Part shown: positions 1 through 9,775 of the stretch, in pieces
Layout of the letters: each line of letters opens with the position of its first letter
How positions within the stretch are numbered: position 1 is the stretch's first letter
Virus record (IMG/VR): IMGVR_UViG_3300020471_000623
Coordinates: 1-64,000 of that record
From: a virus
DNA length: 64,000 nucleotides
Reading direction: 5' to 3' (one strand)
Notes under the pieces: model-generated
The model's database searches: none
The model's input: the letters and a program-made list of their open reading frames with translations, nothing else
What the model was told of the DNA's origin: nothing
Made by a program: the position numbers and the translations under genes

Positions 1-1665
1 TTAGATGACGATACAGCCCGAAACGCAGTAGCGTCAGGCACAGCAACGTTAATTAAAAACGATGACGACTATGTAAATAACCACGGTTCAGGTGAAGGTT
101 CAAATGGAATGTGGGCAGCTAAGTATCCAGGCGCTATGGGGAACTCCCTTAAAGTGTCATTTGCGGATTCTAGTAATTACGACACTAACTCAGTAGCAAG
201 TGTAACTATAACAGCAGGAGGCTCAAGTTATACTTCAGCACCTACTGTAACTTTTAGTGCACCACCAGCTGGCGGAGTTACTGCTACAGGAACAGCTACA
301 ATAAGTGGCGACGCTGTATCAGCAGTTACAATTACTAATCCAGGTAATGGATACACATCAGCACCTACAATTTCATTCTCAGGTGGAGGCGGTTCTGGAG
401 CAGCAGCAACAGCAGTTCTAGCAACAGATTGGGCATATAAAAGCTTCTTTAGCTTTGCTCCATTAACTTCACTTTACACTCAAGCTAAATTAGGCTCAAA
501 TGACGAGTTGCATTTAGTAGTAGTTGACGAGGACGGACTATTTACAGGAACAATAGGAACAATCCTAGAAAGATATGAAGGTCTTTCAAAAGCATCCGAC
601 GCTAAAGGCTTAGACGGCGAATCAATATTTTATAAAGATGTGATTAATGCACAATCTAAATACATTTATTGGACAGACCATCCAGCAGGCGACAGCACTT
701 GGGGTAACTCCCAGGCAAACCAAGCATTTACATCAGGCTTTACAGCAGCAGAATCAACTGTTTCGCTTTCAGGCGGTGTAGATGATGCTCCAGACAGTGG
801 CGACATTCAAACAGGATGGTCATTGTTTGCAGACAAAGAGAGTATAGACGTAAGTCTATTAATAACAGGGGAAATTAGCACAACAGACCAAAAATGGGTC
901 CAAGACAATGTTGCTAGAGTCCGTAAGGATTGTGTAGCATTTGTATCACCTCAGAAAGCTAGTGTTGTAAACAACTCAGGCTCAGAGGTAACAGACACTA
1001 TTGCTAATAGGAACGCTCTAACAGGAACATCTTATTCCTTTTTTGACGGTAACTATAAGTATATGTATGACAGATACAATGATGTCTACAGATGGGTTCC
1101 ATTAAACGGAGACATTGCAGGGTTATGTGTAATCACAGATAACAACAATGATCCTTGGTTCTCACCAGCAGGTTATAACAGAGGTATTATTAAAAACGCT
1201 GTTAAACTAGCATATAATCCTACACAAGCACAAAGAGATGACTTATATAGTGCACAAGTCAATCCAATAATTAATTCTGCAGGAAGTGGAATTGTATTGT
1301 TGGGAGACAAAACTATGTTAGCAGCACCTAGTGCTTTCAATAGAATTAACGTGAGAAGGCTGTTTAACGTTGTAGAAAAAGCAATTGCTACAGCAGCTCA
1401 ATTTCAATTATTTGAATTTAACGACGCATTTACAAGGTCACAATTCACATCGTTAATAACACCTTTCCTCAGAGACGTTCAAGGACGTAGAGGACTATAT
1501 GACTTTAAAGTAATTTGTAACGAAAATAATAACACTGGAGAAGTAATTGACAGAAACGAATTCGTAGCTGACATATTCCTAAAACCAGCCAAGTCTATTA
1601 ATTTCATACAACTAAACTTTATTGCTACTAGAACGGGTATTAACTTTAGTGAAATTGGCGGGTAA
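1..1665 (+). CDS. gp18: Tail sheath protein (5'-truncated by window edge)
   Basis: Frame open from base 1; PWFSPAGYNRG, FNRINVRRLF and FVADIFLKPAKSINFI motifs; precedes tail tube and portal. Confidence 0.97.
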   Translation, partial: LDDDTARNAVASGTATLIKNDDDYVNNHGSGEGSNGMWAAKYPGAMGNSLKVSFADSSNYDTNSVASVTITAGGSSYTSAPTVTFSAPPAGGVTATGTATISGDAVSAVTITNPGNGYTSAPTISFSGGGGSGAAATAVLATDWAYKSFFSFAPLTSLYTQAKLGSNDELHLVVVDEDGLFTGTIGTILERYEGLSKASDAKGLDGESIFYKDVINAQSKYIYWTDHPAGDSTWGNSQANQAFTSGFTAAESTVSLSGGVDDAPDSGDIQTGWSLFADKESIDVSLLITGEISTTDQKWVQDNVARVRKDCVAFVSPQKASVVNNSGSEVTDTIANRNALTGTSYSFFDGNYKYMYDRYNDVYRWVPLNGDIAGLCVITDNNNDPWFSPAGYNRGIIKNAVKLAYNPTQAQRDDLYSAQVNPIINSAGSGIVLLGDKTMLAAPSAFNRINVRRLFNVVEKAIATAAQFQLFEFNDAFTRSQFTSLITPFLRDVQGRRGLYDFKVICNENNNTGEVIDRNEFVADIFLKPAKSINFIQLNFIATRTGINFSEIGG

Positions 1666-1667
1666 AT

Positions 1668-1675
1668 TATAAATA
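1668..1675 (+). promoter_or_regulatory. T4-type late promoter TATAAATA
   Basis: Exact gp55 consensus just upstream of gp19. Confidence 0.85.
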
Positions 1676-1693
1676 GGTATATAGGAGAATAAA

Positions 1694-2251
1694 ATGCCAG
1701 ACATATCACAATTTAGAGCACAACTAGGAGATGGTGGTGCAAGACCCAACCAATTCGTAATAAAGATCAATTGGCCGAGCGTCTGTCCTTCAGGATTAGG
1801 TCTAGACTCTAATACAAGTTTACTTGTAACGGGTGCAGCTGCCCCAGCTTCAACTGTTAATCCAGCGATTATACAGTATAGAGGTAGGGAAGTTAAGTTC
1901 GCAGGAGAAAGAATTTTTGACCCATGGACTATTACAGTCGTTAATCCTAACGATTTCGGAATGCGTGCAGCATTTGAGGAATGGTTAGATGCAATGAATG
2001 CAAAAGATTCCAATGAGGGTGCACTAAGACTAGAAGATTACGGAGCAGAAATCATCGTTCAACACTTAAACAGAAACGATGACCCAATTTGTGAATGGAC
2101 TTTAAGAGGTGCTTTTCCAATTAACATGTCAGAAATTGCATTACAATATGCACAGAACGACATTTTGGAAGAATACACAGTTACATTCCAATACCAAGAT
2201 TACATTGGTGGAGAAGGCAGAAGCTCAGTAACAGCATCACTTACAGCGTAA
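1694..2251 (+). CDS. gp19: Tail tube protein
   Basis: GGARPNQF, YRGREVKFAGERIFDPWTITV and GAFPINMSEI motifs; synteny. Confidence 0.95.
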   Translation: MPDISQFRAQLGDGGARPNQFVIKINWPSVCPSGLGLDSNTSLLVTGAAAPASTVNPAIIQYRGREVKFAGERIFDPWTITVVNPNDFGMRAAFEEWLDAMNAKDSNEGALRLEDYGAEIIVQHLNRNDDPICEWTLRGAFPINMSEIALQYAQNDILEEYTVTFQYQDYIGGEGRSSVTASLTA

Positions 2252-2286
2252 GTGAGCCAATTAACCAGAATGGTTAGGTAGAAATT

Positions 2287-3870
2287 ATGGATTTATTTGG
2301 ATTTGAAATAAAGAGGAAGGATAAGTCTACAAATGAAAAATCGTTTGTAGCTCCCTCCGAAGATACGGCGATAGAAAGTATAAGAGCCGGTGGTTATTAT
2401 GGCACCTACATGGATTTGGAAGGTGTCGCACAAACCGAGGCAGAACTTATAAAAAGATATCGTGACATCGGCATGATGGCTGATGTAGACACAGCAATTG
2501 AAGACATTATTAATGAGTCAGTTGCACAGTTAGAAAACGAAGCGCCGGTAGAACTTAATGTTGACAATGTCCAATTATCGTCAGCAGTTAAGAAAAGAGT
2601 CCTAAGTGAATTCGAGGAAATTAAAAGTATCCTGGACTTTAAGGACAGAGCCCAGGATTACTTCCGTAGGTGGTATATAGATGGACGACTATACTTCCAC
2701 AAGGTTATAGACCTTGAAAATCCTAAGGCAGGGATAAAAGATATTAGATATATCGACCCTCGTAAAATTAGGAAAGTCCGAGAAGTCAAGAAGGAGAAAA
2801 ATCCTTCTGGAGTTCAAATGGTTAAGAGTGTTGAAGAATACTTTATCTATAATGATAAAGGTGTAACACAAAAGCCTGGAGCATATGTAGCACCTGAAAA
2901 CCAACAAGGTTTGAAGATTACAAAAGATGCTATTACATATTGTCCAAGCGGATTAGTAGATCAAGATAAAAACATACCTTTATCTTATTTACATAAGGCT
3001 ATTAGGCCAGCTAACCAATTAAGAATGATGGAGAACGCAGTAGTCATTTATAGGATTACAAGGGCTCCAGAAAGACGTATTTTTTATGTAGATGTTGGTA
3101 ACTTGCCAAAGATGAAGGCAGAACAATATCTAAAAGACATCATGGACAGGTATAGAAATAAACTTGTTTACGATGCTAACACAGGAGAGATACGTGATGA
3201 TAAGAAATTTATGTCTATGTTGGAAGACTTCTGGTTACCTAGAAGGGACGGCGGAACAGGGACACAAATTGATACATTGCCAGCAGGTCAAAACCTAGGG
3301 CAAATAGAAGACGTAGAATATTTTCAACGTAAATTGTATCAAGCATTGAATGTTCCAGTATCACGTTTAGAACAACAGGCAGGATTAAACTTTGGTAGAG
3401 CAGCTGAGATAAACCGAGACGAGATGAAGTTTACAAAATTCATCATCAAGTTAAGAAGGAAGTTCTCAGTTATGTTAAGTGATCTTTTAAGAACACAGCT
3501 CTTACTAAAAGGTGTTTTAACTGAAGACGACTTTGATGCTATTAAAGACGATCTAGAGTTTGAGTTTGCTACAGATGCTTACTACACAGAATCTAAAGAA
3601 CAAGAGATTCTAAGAAGTAGAGTAGAAGTATTAAATGGATTAGCAGCTTACATAGGAACATTTTTTAGTAAGCGTTATATACAGAAAAACGTATTAATGC
3701 TTACCGATGAAGAGATTGAGACTATCGAAACAGAATTGTTAAGTGAGCCTCAATATCAAAGACAATATCAATGGAGTCCATTAAGTGCAGTTCAACAAGA
3801 AGCACCTGAAGGACCCGAAGGACCAGCCGGCGAAGGAGTTCCAGAACCCGGCCCAGATAACGGAGCATAA
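2287..3870 (+). CDS. gp20: Portal vertex protein
   Basis: RRWYIDGRLYFHK, IYRITRAPERRIFYVDVGNLPK and MLEDFWLPRR motifs. Confidence 0.98.
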   Translation: MDLFGFEIKRKDKSTNEKSFVAPSEDTAIESIRAGGYYGTYMDLEGVAQTEAELIKRYRDIGMMADVDTAIEDIINESVAQLENEAPVELNVDNVQLSSAVKKRVLSEFEEIKSILDFKDRAQDYFRRWYIDGRLYFHKVIDLENPKAGIKDIRYIDPRKIRKVREVKKEKNPSGVQMVKSVEEYFIYNDKGVTQKPGAYVAPENQQGLKITKDAITYCPSGLVDQDKNIPLSYLHKAIRPANQLRMMENAVVIYRITRAPERRIFYVDVGNLPKMKAEQYLKDIMDRYRNKLVYDANTGEIRDDKKFMSMLEDFWLPRRDGGTGTQIDTLPAGQNLGQIEDVEYFQRKLYQALNVPVSRLEQQAGLNFGRAAEINRDEMKFTKFIIKLRRKFSVMLSDLLRTQLLLKGVLTEDDFDAIKDDLEFEFATDAYYTESKEQEILRSRVEVLNGLAAYIGTFFSKRYIQKNVLMLTDEEIETIETELLSEPQYQRQYQWSPLSAVQQEAPEGPEGPAGEGVPEPGPDNGA

Positions 3871-3875
3871 ATAGT

Positions 3876-4229
3876 ATGGCAGAAAATGAGAACAATGAAG
3901 TTGAAGTAGAGGTTCACGAACCTTCTACTAATAGTATGTTGGACAATATGATTGCTGGTAAGGCATCAGACGTTCAAGATAATTTTAACGATTTAATGCA
4001 CAGTAGGGCAACCGAAGCATTAGACCAACGTAAGGTAGAGCTTGCTAAAGATATCTTTAGACAGTCTATAGAAGGAACCGATGGTTCTGACATCGAAGAG
4101 TTTGACAAAATGGGTCTTACTCCAGGAGATGAGCCAATAATCGGAGATAAACTTGAAGACAATCTAGTTGATATAAATATGGAGACAGGACTACCTGTAG
4201 ACAAAGAGGAGACAAATGAAAACACTTAG
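3876..4229 (+). CDS. Acidic prohead core protein, gp67-like
   Basis: Follows portal; acidic; FNDLM..RA.EALD.RK pattern. Confidence 0.6.
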   Translation: MAENENNEVEVEVHEPSTNSMLDNMIAGKASDVQDNFNDLMHSRATEALDQRKVELAKDIFRQSIEGTDGSDIEEFDKMGLTPGDEPIIGDKLEDNLVDINMETGLPVDKEETNENT

Positions 4230-4518
4230 AGAATTCAGAGAAAGACATGGCATCGAAGAAGCTAAAGTCGACGGTGTTGCTAAAGGTTCATTAGATGGTG
4301 ACTCTCACATGTGCGCAAGCAAGATATTCCACAAGGAATGGAAAGAGGGAACACCTATTATTGGTGAACACGCAGAACCTGTAGATGGTAAAGTCGCTTG
4401 GTATAAAGTTATGTTTGAACACGGTATAGAAACAGTTGACGTGAATGACCCTGATGTTGAAATCGTAGCAGAAGCAGGACATGGTAACCATGCTAAAAAG
4501 CCTGCTAAAAAATATTAA
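4216..4518 (+). CDS. Head-region protein with capsid-targeting-like N terminus
   Basis: GGAG RBS; N terminus MKTLREFRE; WYKVMFEHGIE motif. Confidence 0.6.
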   Translation: MKTLREFRERHGIEEAKVDGVAKGSLDGDSHMCASKIFHKEWKEGTPIIGEHAEPVDGKVAWYKVMFEHGIETVDVNDPDVEIVAEAGHGNHAKKPAKKY

Positions 4519-4540
4519 TTTTTAACAAAGGAAATAACAA

Positions 4541-4966
4541 ATGGCAGTCACAGTAAACACATTAAAACTGACCCAAGTCCAGGGTGTGGTTAGTGTGAGG
4601 GGGACTGCAGCGACGGGAACAATAGATATTAGTTCAACACTAAAGAAATCGTCCGAAACGCAGAGCTCCCCAACAGTAAACATAAAAGGACTAACATGGG
4701 CGCTTTCAAGCGGTGCTAGTGCAAAGGTGCAACGTAACTCCGTTGTGCTTTATGAACTAATGGAAAGCGGCAATATAGACATGTATGGTTATTCAGACAA
4801 TTCAGAAAACACATCAGACATAGAGGTAGTTATAGCGGGGGGAGCCGGTGGAACTGTCATTGTAGATTGTGCTAAAATATCTGGATATGGTAGCCAACAA
4901 CACCAAAACGCGCCACTAGACACTAATGATAGTGGAGACGTATATGACGGAGGAAGTTTAGGATAA
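4541..4966 (+). CDS. Hypothetical virion protein
   Basis: AAGGA RBS; Ser/Thr/Gly-rich; within head operon. Confidence 0.6.
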   Translation: MAVTVNTLKLTQVQGVVSVRGTAATGTIDISSTLKKSSETQSSPTVNIKGLTWALSSGASAKVQRNSVVLYELMESGNIDMYGYSDNSENTSDIEVVIAGGAGGTVIVDCAKISGYGSQQHQNAPLDTNDSGDVYDGGSLG

Positions 4967-5625
4967 TGAGATTAATAAAAGAATTTAACGAAAGTATTAC
5001 ATACTTAACTGAAGAGAGTAAAGATCCTAAAAAGCCTAACGTTTTTATAGAAGGCGTATTTTTACAATCAGATTTAAAGAACAAGAACGGTCGTGTATAT
5101 CCTAAAGAGATAATGCAACGAGAAGTGCAGCGTTATGTAGATGAGAACGTAAAAACTAAAAGAGCATATGGAGAATTAGGTCATCCTGAAGGTCCAACAG
5201 TTAATTTAGATAGAGTCTCACATATGATAACATCTCTTAAGGAAGACGGTAACAACTGGATTGGTAAAGCCAAAATTATGGATACACCAATGGGCCGTAT
5301 TGTTAAAGAACTCATTAGCGAGGGTGCTCAACTAGGTGTTAGTTCACGTGGTTTAGGTAGTCTCAAAGAGAGAAACGGCATTAATGAAGTTCAAGGGGAC
5401 TTTATGCTTGCCACAGCGGCAGATATTGTAGCTGATCCTAGTGCTCCAGACGCTTTTGTAAGCGGCATAATGGAGGGCAAAGAATGGGTTTTTGTTAATG
5501 GGAAATGGACAGAACAAGATATTGAGGAAGCAAAAAGCACTATTTCTAGAGCCAATATAAGGGATTTAGAAGAAGAAAAGATGCAAGTTTTCTCAAATTT
5601 CTTAGATAAACTGTCCAAAATTTAA
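4966..5625 (+). CDS. gp21: Prohead protease
   Basis: NKNGRVYP, GELGHP and GVSSRGLGSL motifs. Confidence 0.97.
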   Translation: MRLIKEFNESITYLTEESKDPKKPNVFIEGVFLQSDLKNKNGRVYPKEIMQREVQRYVDENVKTKRAYGELGHPEGPTVNLDRVSHMITSLKEDGNNWIGKAKIMDTPMGRIVKELISEGAQLGVSSRGLGSLKERNGINEVQGDFMLATAADIVADPSAPDAFVSGIMEGKEWVFVNGKWTEQDIEEAKSTISRANIRDLEEEKMQVFSNFLDKLSKI

Positions 5626-5630
5626 ATAAA

Positions 5631-5638
5631 TATAAATA
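5631..5638 (+). promoter_or_regulatory. T4-type late promoter TATAAATA
   Basis: Exact consensus upstream of gp22. Confidence 0.8.
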
Positions 5639-5697
5639 TATTAGATTAATACTATTATATTAATATATAATCCGACTTTTAATAAAAGGAGAAAGAC

Positions 5698-7044
5698 ATG
5701 GGAGTAGAATCCAAAATCAGAGAACTTCTAGAAGGCAAAGTCCAAGACGAAGCCGTAGAAGTTATAGACGAGCAGATTGCTGGAGATCAACAACCACCTA
5801 TGCAAGGTGGCAGTTCTAAAGCTAATTTGCCAGTATCCTCTGCGGATGCCCACCGTCCTTTAGATAAGAAGAACAATGGTGATGCTAGTAATCCATTACA
5901 AGGCAGCTCAAATGCTAACCCTGAAATGCAAGACCTAAGCGGTTCAAGCAATCCAGAAGGTGGCTTAACAAGCCCAGTAGGACAAGCAGCATCAAGCAAA
6001 GCTTCTAAAGCACCTGGACTAGAAGGTTCAGGAGCAGGTCAGGCACCTAACTACAGCGGTTCTGAAGACGCATCGTCTGTTGTAAATCAATCTAGCAATG
6101 CTGGAAACGTTTACAAAGAAGAAGACGAAGTTGAACCAGAAGGCGAAGAAGAAGTTCTAGATTCAGTTGAAGAAATTGATGACGAAGTAGAAGAACTTGA
6201 TTCTGATGTAGAGGTTGAAGAAGAAGAGGAAGTCGTAGCAGAAGACGTTGAAGACGAAGAAATCGTTGAAGACGAACTAGAAGCAGAAACACTCTTTGAA
6301 GATGACATTGCTAACTTATTTGAGGAAGAAGAGCATCTATCAGAAGAATTTAAAACTAAAGCAGCTTCATTATTTGAAGCAGCAGTAGTTGCCCGTGTAA
6401 ATCAACAAATAGACCTTATTGAGGACGAACTTGTTGAGGAAGCGGAAAAAGCTTTTAACGAAGCTAAAGAAAAACTCGTGGAAAACATCGACAAGTATCT
6501 GTCTTATGTGACAGAACAGTGGATGGCAGAAAATGAGATTGCCGTTGAGAACGGTTTGAAAAATGAAATCAATGAGAGCTTTATTAAAGATCTTAGAGAA
6601 ACATTTGCTAACCATTACATCGAGGTTCCTGAAGAGAAATACGATGTATTAGCATCTCAACAAACAGAGATTGATGAGTTAAAATCTAAATTAGATGAAG
6701 AGATTAACAAATCTATTTCGATCAGCGAAGAAAGGGAACAACTACAAAAGGATAAAGTATTCCGTTCCGTGGTTGACGATCTAGCTGACACTGAAGTTGA
6801 AAAGTTTGCAAGTTTAGTTGAAGGTATTACATACGACAACGAAAACATGTATGCTGAGAAACTAAATGTTATCAAGGAAAATTATTTTCCTAAAGCTAAA
6901 ACTGATGACTCAGATAGGCTAGAAGATAGCGTTGATCAGGGAGCATTATCAGAGAATACTGTAATGGACAGATATGCGAGAGCAGTAAGTCAATCCGCTA
7001 AATTTGGCGGAGTTGCAGCAGACTTCGATAAGGCAAAAAATTAA
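5698..7044 (+). CDS. gp22: Prohead scaffolding/core protein
   Basis: LSEEFKTKAASLFEAAV and YVTEQWMAENEIAVE motifs; between gp21 and gp23. Confidence 0.93.
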   Translation: MGVESKIRELLEGKVQDEAVEVIDEQIAGDQQPPMQGGSSKANLPVSSADAHRPLDKKNNGDASNPLQGSSNANPEMQDLSGSSNPEGGLTSPVGQAASSKASKAPGLEGSGAGQAPNYSGSEDASSVVNQSSNAGNVYKEEDEVEPEGEEEVLDSVEEIDDEVEELDSDVEVEEEEEVVAEDVEDEEIVEDELEAETLFEDDIANLFEEEEHLSEEFKTKAASLFEAAVVARVNQQIDLIEDELVEEAEKAFNEAKEKLVENIDKYLSYVTEQWMAENEIAVENGLKNEINESFIKDLRETFANHYIEVPEEKYDVLASQQTEIDELKSKLDEEINKSISISEEREQLQKDKVFRSVVDDLADTEVEKFASLVEGITYDNENMYAEKLNVIKENYFPKAKTDDSDRLEDSVDQGALSENTVMDRYARAVSQSAKFGGVAADFDKAKN

Positions 7045-7049
7045 TTTTT

Positions 7050-7057
7050 TATAAATA
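7050..7057 (+). promoter_or_regulatory. T4-type late promoter TATAAATA
   Basis: Exact consensus upstream of gp23. Confidence 0.85.
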
Positions 7058-7105
7058 ATTAGGTTATAGAAAACATAACAAAACGTTAAAAACAAGGAGA
7101 AACTG

Positions 7106-8371
7106 ATGTATCTTTCAGAAGAACTACAGAAAAAGTGGAGCCCAGTTTTGGATCACAAAGATCTCTCTGAGATTAAAGATCCTTATAAGCGTGCGGTAAC
7201 CACGGTTGTTCTTGAAAACCAGGAAAAAGCTCTCCGTGAGGAGAAGGAAGCCCTTTTCGAGGCAACTCATGCTAACCAGACAGGTGCAAGCGTTGATAAC
7301 TACGATCCGATATTAATATCGTTAGTTAGACGTGCTTTACCTAACTTGATGGCATACGACGTTTGTGGTGTTCAGCCAATGTCAGGACCTACAGGTCTAA
7401 TCTTCGCAATGAAGTCTCACTTTACCAGCCAGACTGGAACAGAGGCTTTATTTAACGAAGCAGATTCAGACTTCTCAGGTGGTGGCACACACGCAGGCTC
7501 TAACCCAGTTGATGGAACTTACACAACTGGTGCTGGAGTATCCACAAGCACAGCTGAAGGCTTTGGTGACTCAACAACTCTAAACGAAATGGCTTTCTCA
7601 ATCGAGAAAACTACTGTAACTGCTAAATCAAGAGCACTTAAAGCAGAATATACTGTTGAACTTGCTCAGGACTTAAAAGCAATTCATGGTTTAGACGCAG
7701 AGTCAGAACTAAGCAACATTCTTTCACAAGAAATTTTAGCTGAGATTAACCGTGAGGTTATTAGAACTATTTACAAAGTAGCAAAAACAGGCTCAGCCTC
7801 AACTGCTACAGCTGGAACATTTGACTTAGATGTTGACAGTAACGGTAGGTGGTCAGTAGAAAGATTTAAAGGTCTTTTATTCAATATCGAACGTGACGCT
7901 AACGTAATTGCACAAGACACAAGGCGTGGTAAAGGTAACTTCATCATCTGTTCATCAGATGTTGCTAGTGCTTTAGCTATGGCTGGTGTTTTAGATTACG
8001 CTCCAGCTTTATCAACTAATTTAAATGTTGATGACACAGGTAATACATTTGCTGGTGTGTTAAACGGTAGATATAAAGTATATATTGACCCTTATTCAGC
8101 AAACACAGGAGCTGCTAGCCAGTTCTATGTTTGTGGTTATAAAGGCACAAGCCCTTATGACGCTGGTATTTTCTATTGTCCATACGTCCCACTACAAATG
8201 GTTAGGGCTATTGACCCAAGCACATTCCAACCTAAAATTGGTTTCAAAACTAGGTATGGCATGATTGCTAACCCATTTGTAATGAAAGCAGATGGAACTA
8301 CTGATGCTGATTCATTCACAGCAGACAGAAACCAGTATTACAGATCTGTTAAAGTTACAAACTTAATGTAA
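7106..8371 (+). CDS. gp23: Major capsid protein
   Basis: GVQPMSGPTGLIFAM, AKSRALKAEYTVELAQDLKAIHGLDAE and FQPKIGFKTRYG motifs. Confidence 0.99.
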   Translation: MYLSEELQKKWSPVLDHKDLSEIKDPYKRAVTTVVLENQEKALREEKEALFEATHANQTGASVDNYDPILISLVRRALPNLMAYDVCGVQPMSGPTGLIFAMKSHFTSQTGTEALFNEADSDFSGGGTHAGSNPVDGTYTTGAGVSTSTAEGFGDSTTLNEMAFSIEKTTVTAKSRALKAEYTVELAQDLKAIHGLDAESELSNILSQEILAEINREVIRTIYKVAKTGSASTATAGTFDLDVDSNGRWSVERFKGLLFNIERDANVIAQDTRRGKGNFIICSSDVASALAMAGVLDYAPALSTNLNVDDTGNTFAGVLNGRYKVYIDPYSANTGAASQFYVCGYKGTSPYDAGIFYCPYVPLQMVRAIDPSTFQPKIGFKTRYGMIANPFVMKADGTTDADSFTADRNQYYRSVKVTNLM

Positions 8372-8399
8372 TTCAGGTCTTTCCAATCATTGGAAATCG

Positions 8400-8428
8400 A
8401 AAAGCCCTACAATAGTAGGGCTTTTTTT
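8400..8428. terminator. Rho-independent terminator, probably bidirectional
   Basis: AAAAGCCCTAC-aata-GTAGGGCTTTTTTT between gp23 and a convergent minus-strand gene. Confidence 0.9.
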
Positions 8429-8441
8429 GTGTCTTAAGATA

Positions 8442-8675
8442 TTAACCTAATTGATATTGGCCTTTTTCAGTAACGAATTCGTTTAACTGTCTTGCAGTAT
8501 CAATAACATCTTGTGCATTTATTGACATTGTAGGTAAAGGCTTTTTGTCATTTGGAAAGTTTTCGTTATGTTCACGTATCGCATCAACTTGTCTGTGATA
8601 GTTATCCATAAGAATACCTTGTGCTTGGTTTAGTAAGTCGGCTCTGATCTCGAACCCTGATTTGCTGTTTGACAT
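8442..8675 (-). CDS. Small hypothetical protein (only convincing minus-strand gene)
   Basis: Minus-strand RBS ACAGGAGAAAATTATG; fills an otherwise empty gap; converges on the gp23 terminator. Confidence 0.8.
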   Translation of the reverse strand: MSNSKSGFEIRADLLNQAQGILMDNYHRQVDAIREHNENFPNDKKPLPTMSINAQDVIDTARQLNEFVTEKGQYQLG

Positions 8676-8747
8676 AATTTTCTCCTGTGTATGTGTATGT
8701 CGTCCTTAAGTGGACTATATTATTTATTACTTTGGTATAATACCTAC

Positions 8748-8781
8748 TTTACTTCTGGTTAGATAGAAAGTATTATAAATA
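8748..8781 (+). promoter_or_regulatory. Overlapping sigma70-like promoter and late promoter for iscU-iscA
   Basis: TTTACT-17 nt-TATTAT with GGTT spacer motif; TATAAATA at 8774-8781. Confidence 0.6.
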
Positions 8782-8799
8782 CTATTACTAGGAGGACTT

Positions 8800-9258
8800 A
8801 TGGCTTATAGTAAAGAAGTAGTAAAAAGATTTGAAGAAGTAACAAACAATCCAGCAGCACACGGAGTAGGTAGGTTTGACCCTAACGACCCACATGTAGC
8901 TACAGGACTTACAGGCGCACCTGCTTGTGGTGATGTTATGAAGTTAGATCTAAAGTTAGACCCAGAAACAGATAGAATTTTAGATGTTAAGTTTAAAACC
9001 TATGGTTGTGGTTCTGCTATCGCTAGTTCAAGCATGTTTGTTGAAATGCTAACAGGTCTTACAATCCAAGAGGCAAAAGAAATAAAGGATAAAGATATTG
9101 CAACAGCACTAGATTTACCACCTATTAAGATACATTGTTCTGTATTAGCAGAAGATAGTATTAAGAGAGCTATCCAGGATTGGGAAGAAAAGAAAGCAGG
9201 AAGAAACACTACTTGGTTAGAACAAATGGGAGCTACTAAAAAGAATGACAGTAAATAG
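8800..9258 (+). CDS. iscU: Fe-S cluster scaffold IscU
   Basis: GAPACGDVM, KFKTYGCGSAIASSS and LPPIKIHCSVLAED; all three Cys ligands present. Confidence 0.95.
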   Translation: MAYSKEVVKRFEEVTNNPAAHGVGRFDPNDPHVATGLTGAPACGDVMKLDLKLDPETDRILDVKFKTYGCGSAIASSSMFVEMLTGLTIQEAKEIKDKDIATALDLPPIKIHCSVLAEDSIKRAIQDWEEKKAGRNTTWLEQMGATKKNDSK

Positions 9259-9610
9259 TTTTATACCTGTTCAAACTGTTAGTCGTATGATAGACTTTAC
9301 GCCTATAGGCAGAGAGAAAGTTATTGAAAGACTATCAGAAGAGAATAAAAAAGGTGTAAGATATAGTTTACTAGGTGGTGGGTGTGCAGGATTTAGTTAT
9401 GTATTTGACTATGCAGACGAACCACAAGAAGGAGATATAGAATTAGACTTTGAAGATTTTAAACTATGGGTCTGTCCTATATCAGAGAAATATTTAAAAG
9501 GAACAGTTATAGATTGGAAGAAACAAGGATTGAATCAACAGTTTATATACATGAATCCTAATGAAGCTAGCTCATGTGGTTGTGGAACATCTGCTAGTTT
9601 TGAATTATAG
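9245..9610 (+). CDS. iscA: A-type Fe-S carrier (IscA/HesB)
   Basis: GGGCAGFSY and C-terminal SCGCGTS. Confidence 0.92.
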   Translation: MTVNSFIPVQTVSRMIDFTPIGREKVIERLSEENKKGVRYSLLGGGCAGFSYVFDYADEPQEGDIELDFEDFKLWVCPISEKYLKGTVIDWKKQGLNQQFIYMNPNEASSCGCGTSASFEL

Positions 9611-9619
9611 GAGTATATT

Positions 9620-9775
9620 ATGGCAAGAGTAACAAATTATGTAAGCATTACGCCTACAAAGAAAAGTTCATCACAAGGACAAGGTGGCAGAGGTAGAAGC
9701 ACAAAGATTTCTATGTCCACGATGAATAAACACAAAAAAAGAAGCCACAAAAAATATAGAGGACAAGGTAGATGA
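9620..9775 (+). CDS. Small basic protein, 51 aa (not in ORF track)
   Basis: AGGAG RBS; MARVTNYV...KHKKRSHKKYRGQGR; ATGA overlap with gp3. Confidence 0.75.
   Translation: MARVTNYVSITPTKKSSSQGQGGRGRSTKISMSTMNKHKKRSHKKYRGQGR

Noticed and set aside
5760-6330. Low-complexity GAA-rich stretch as a DNA repeat
   Set aside because: It encodes the acidic/disordered N-terminal part of scaffold gp22, which is expected for this protein.
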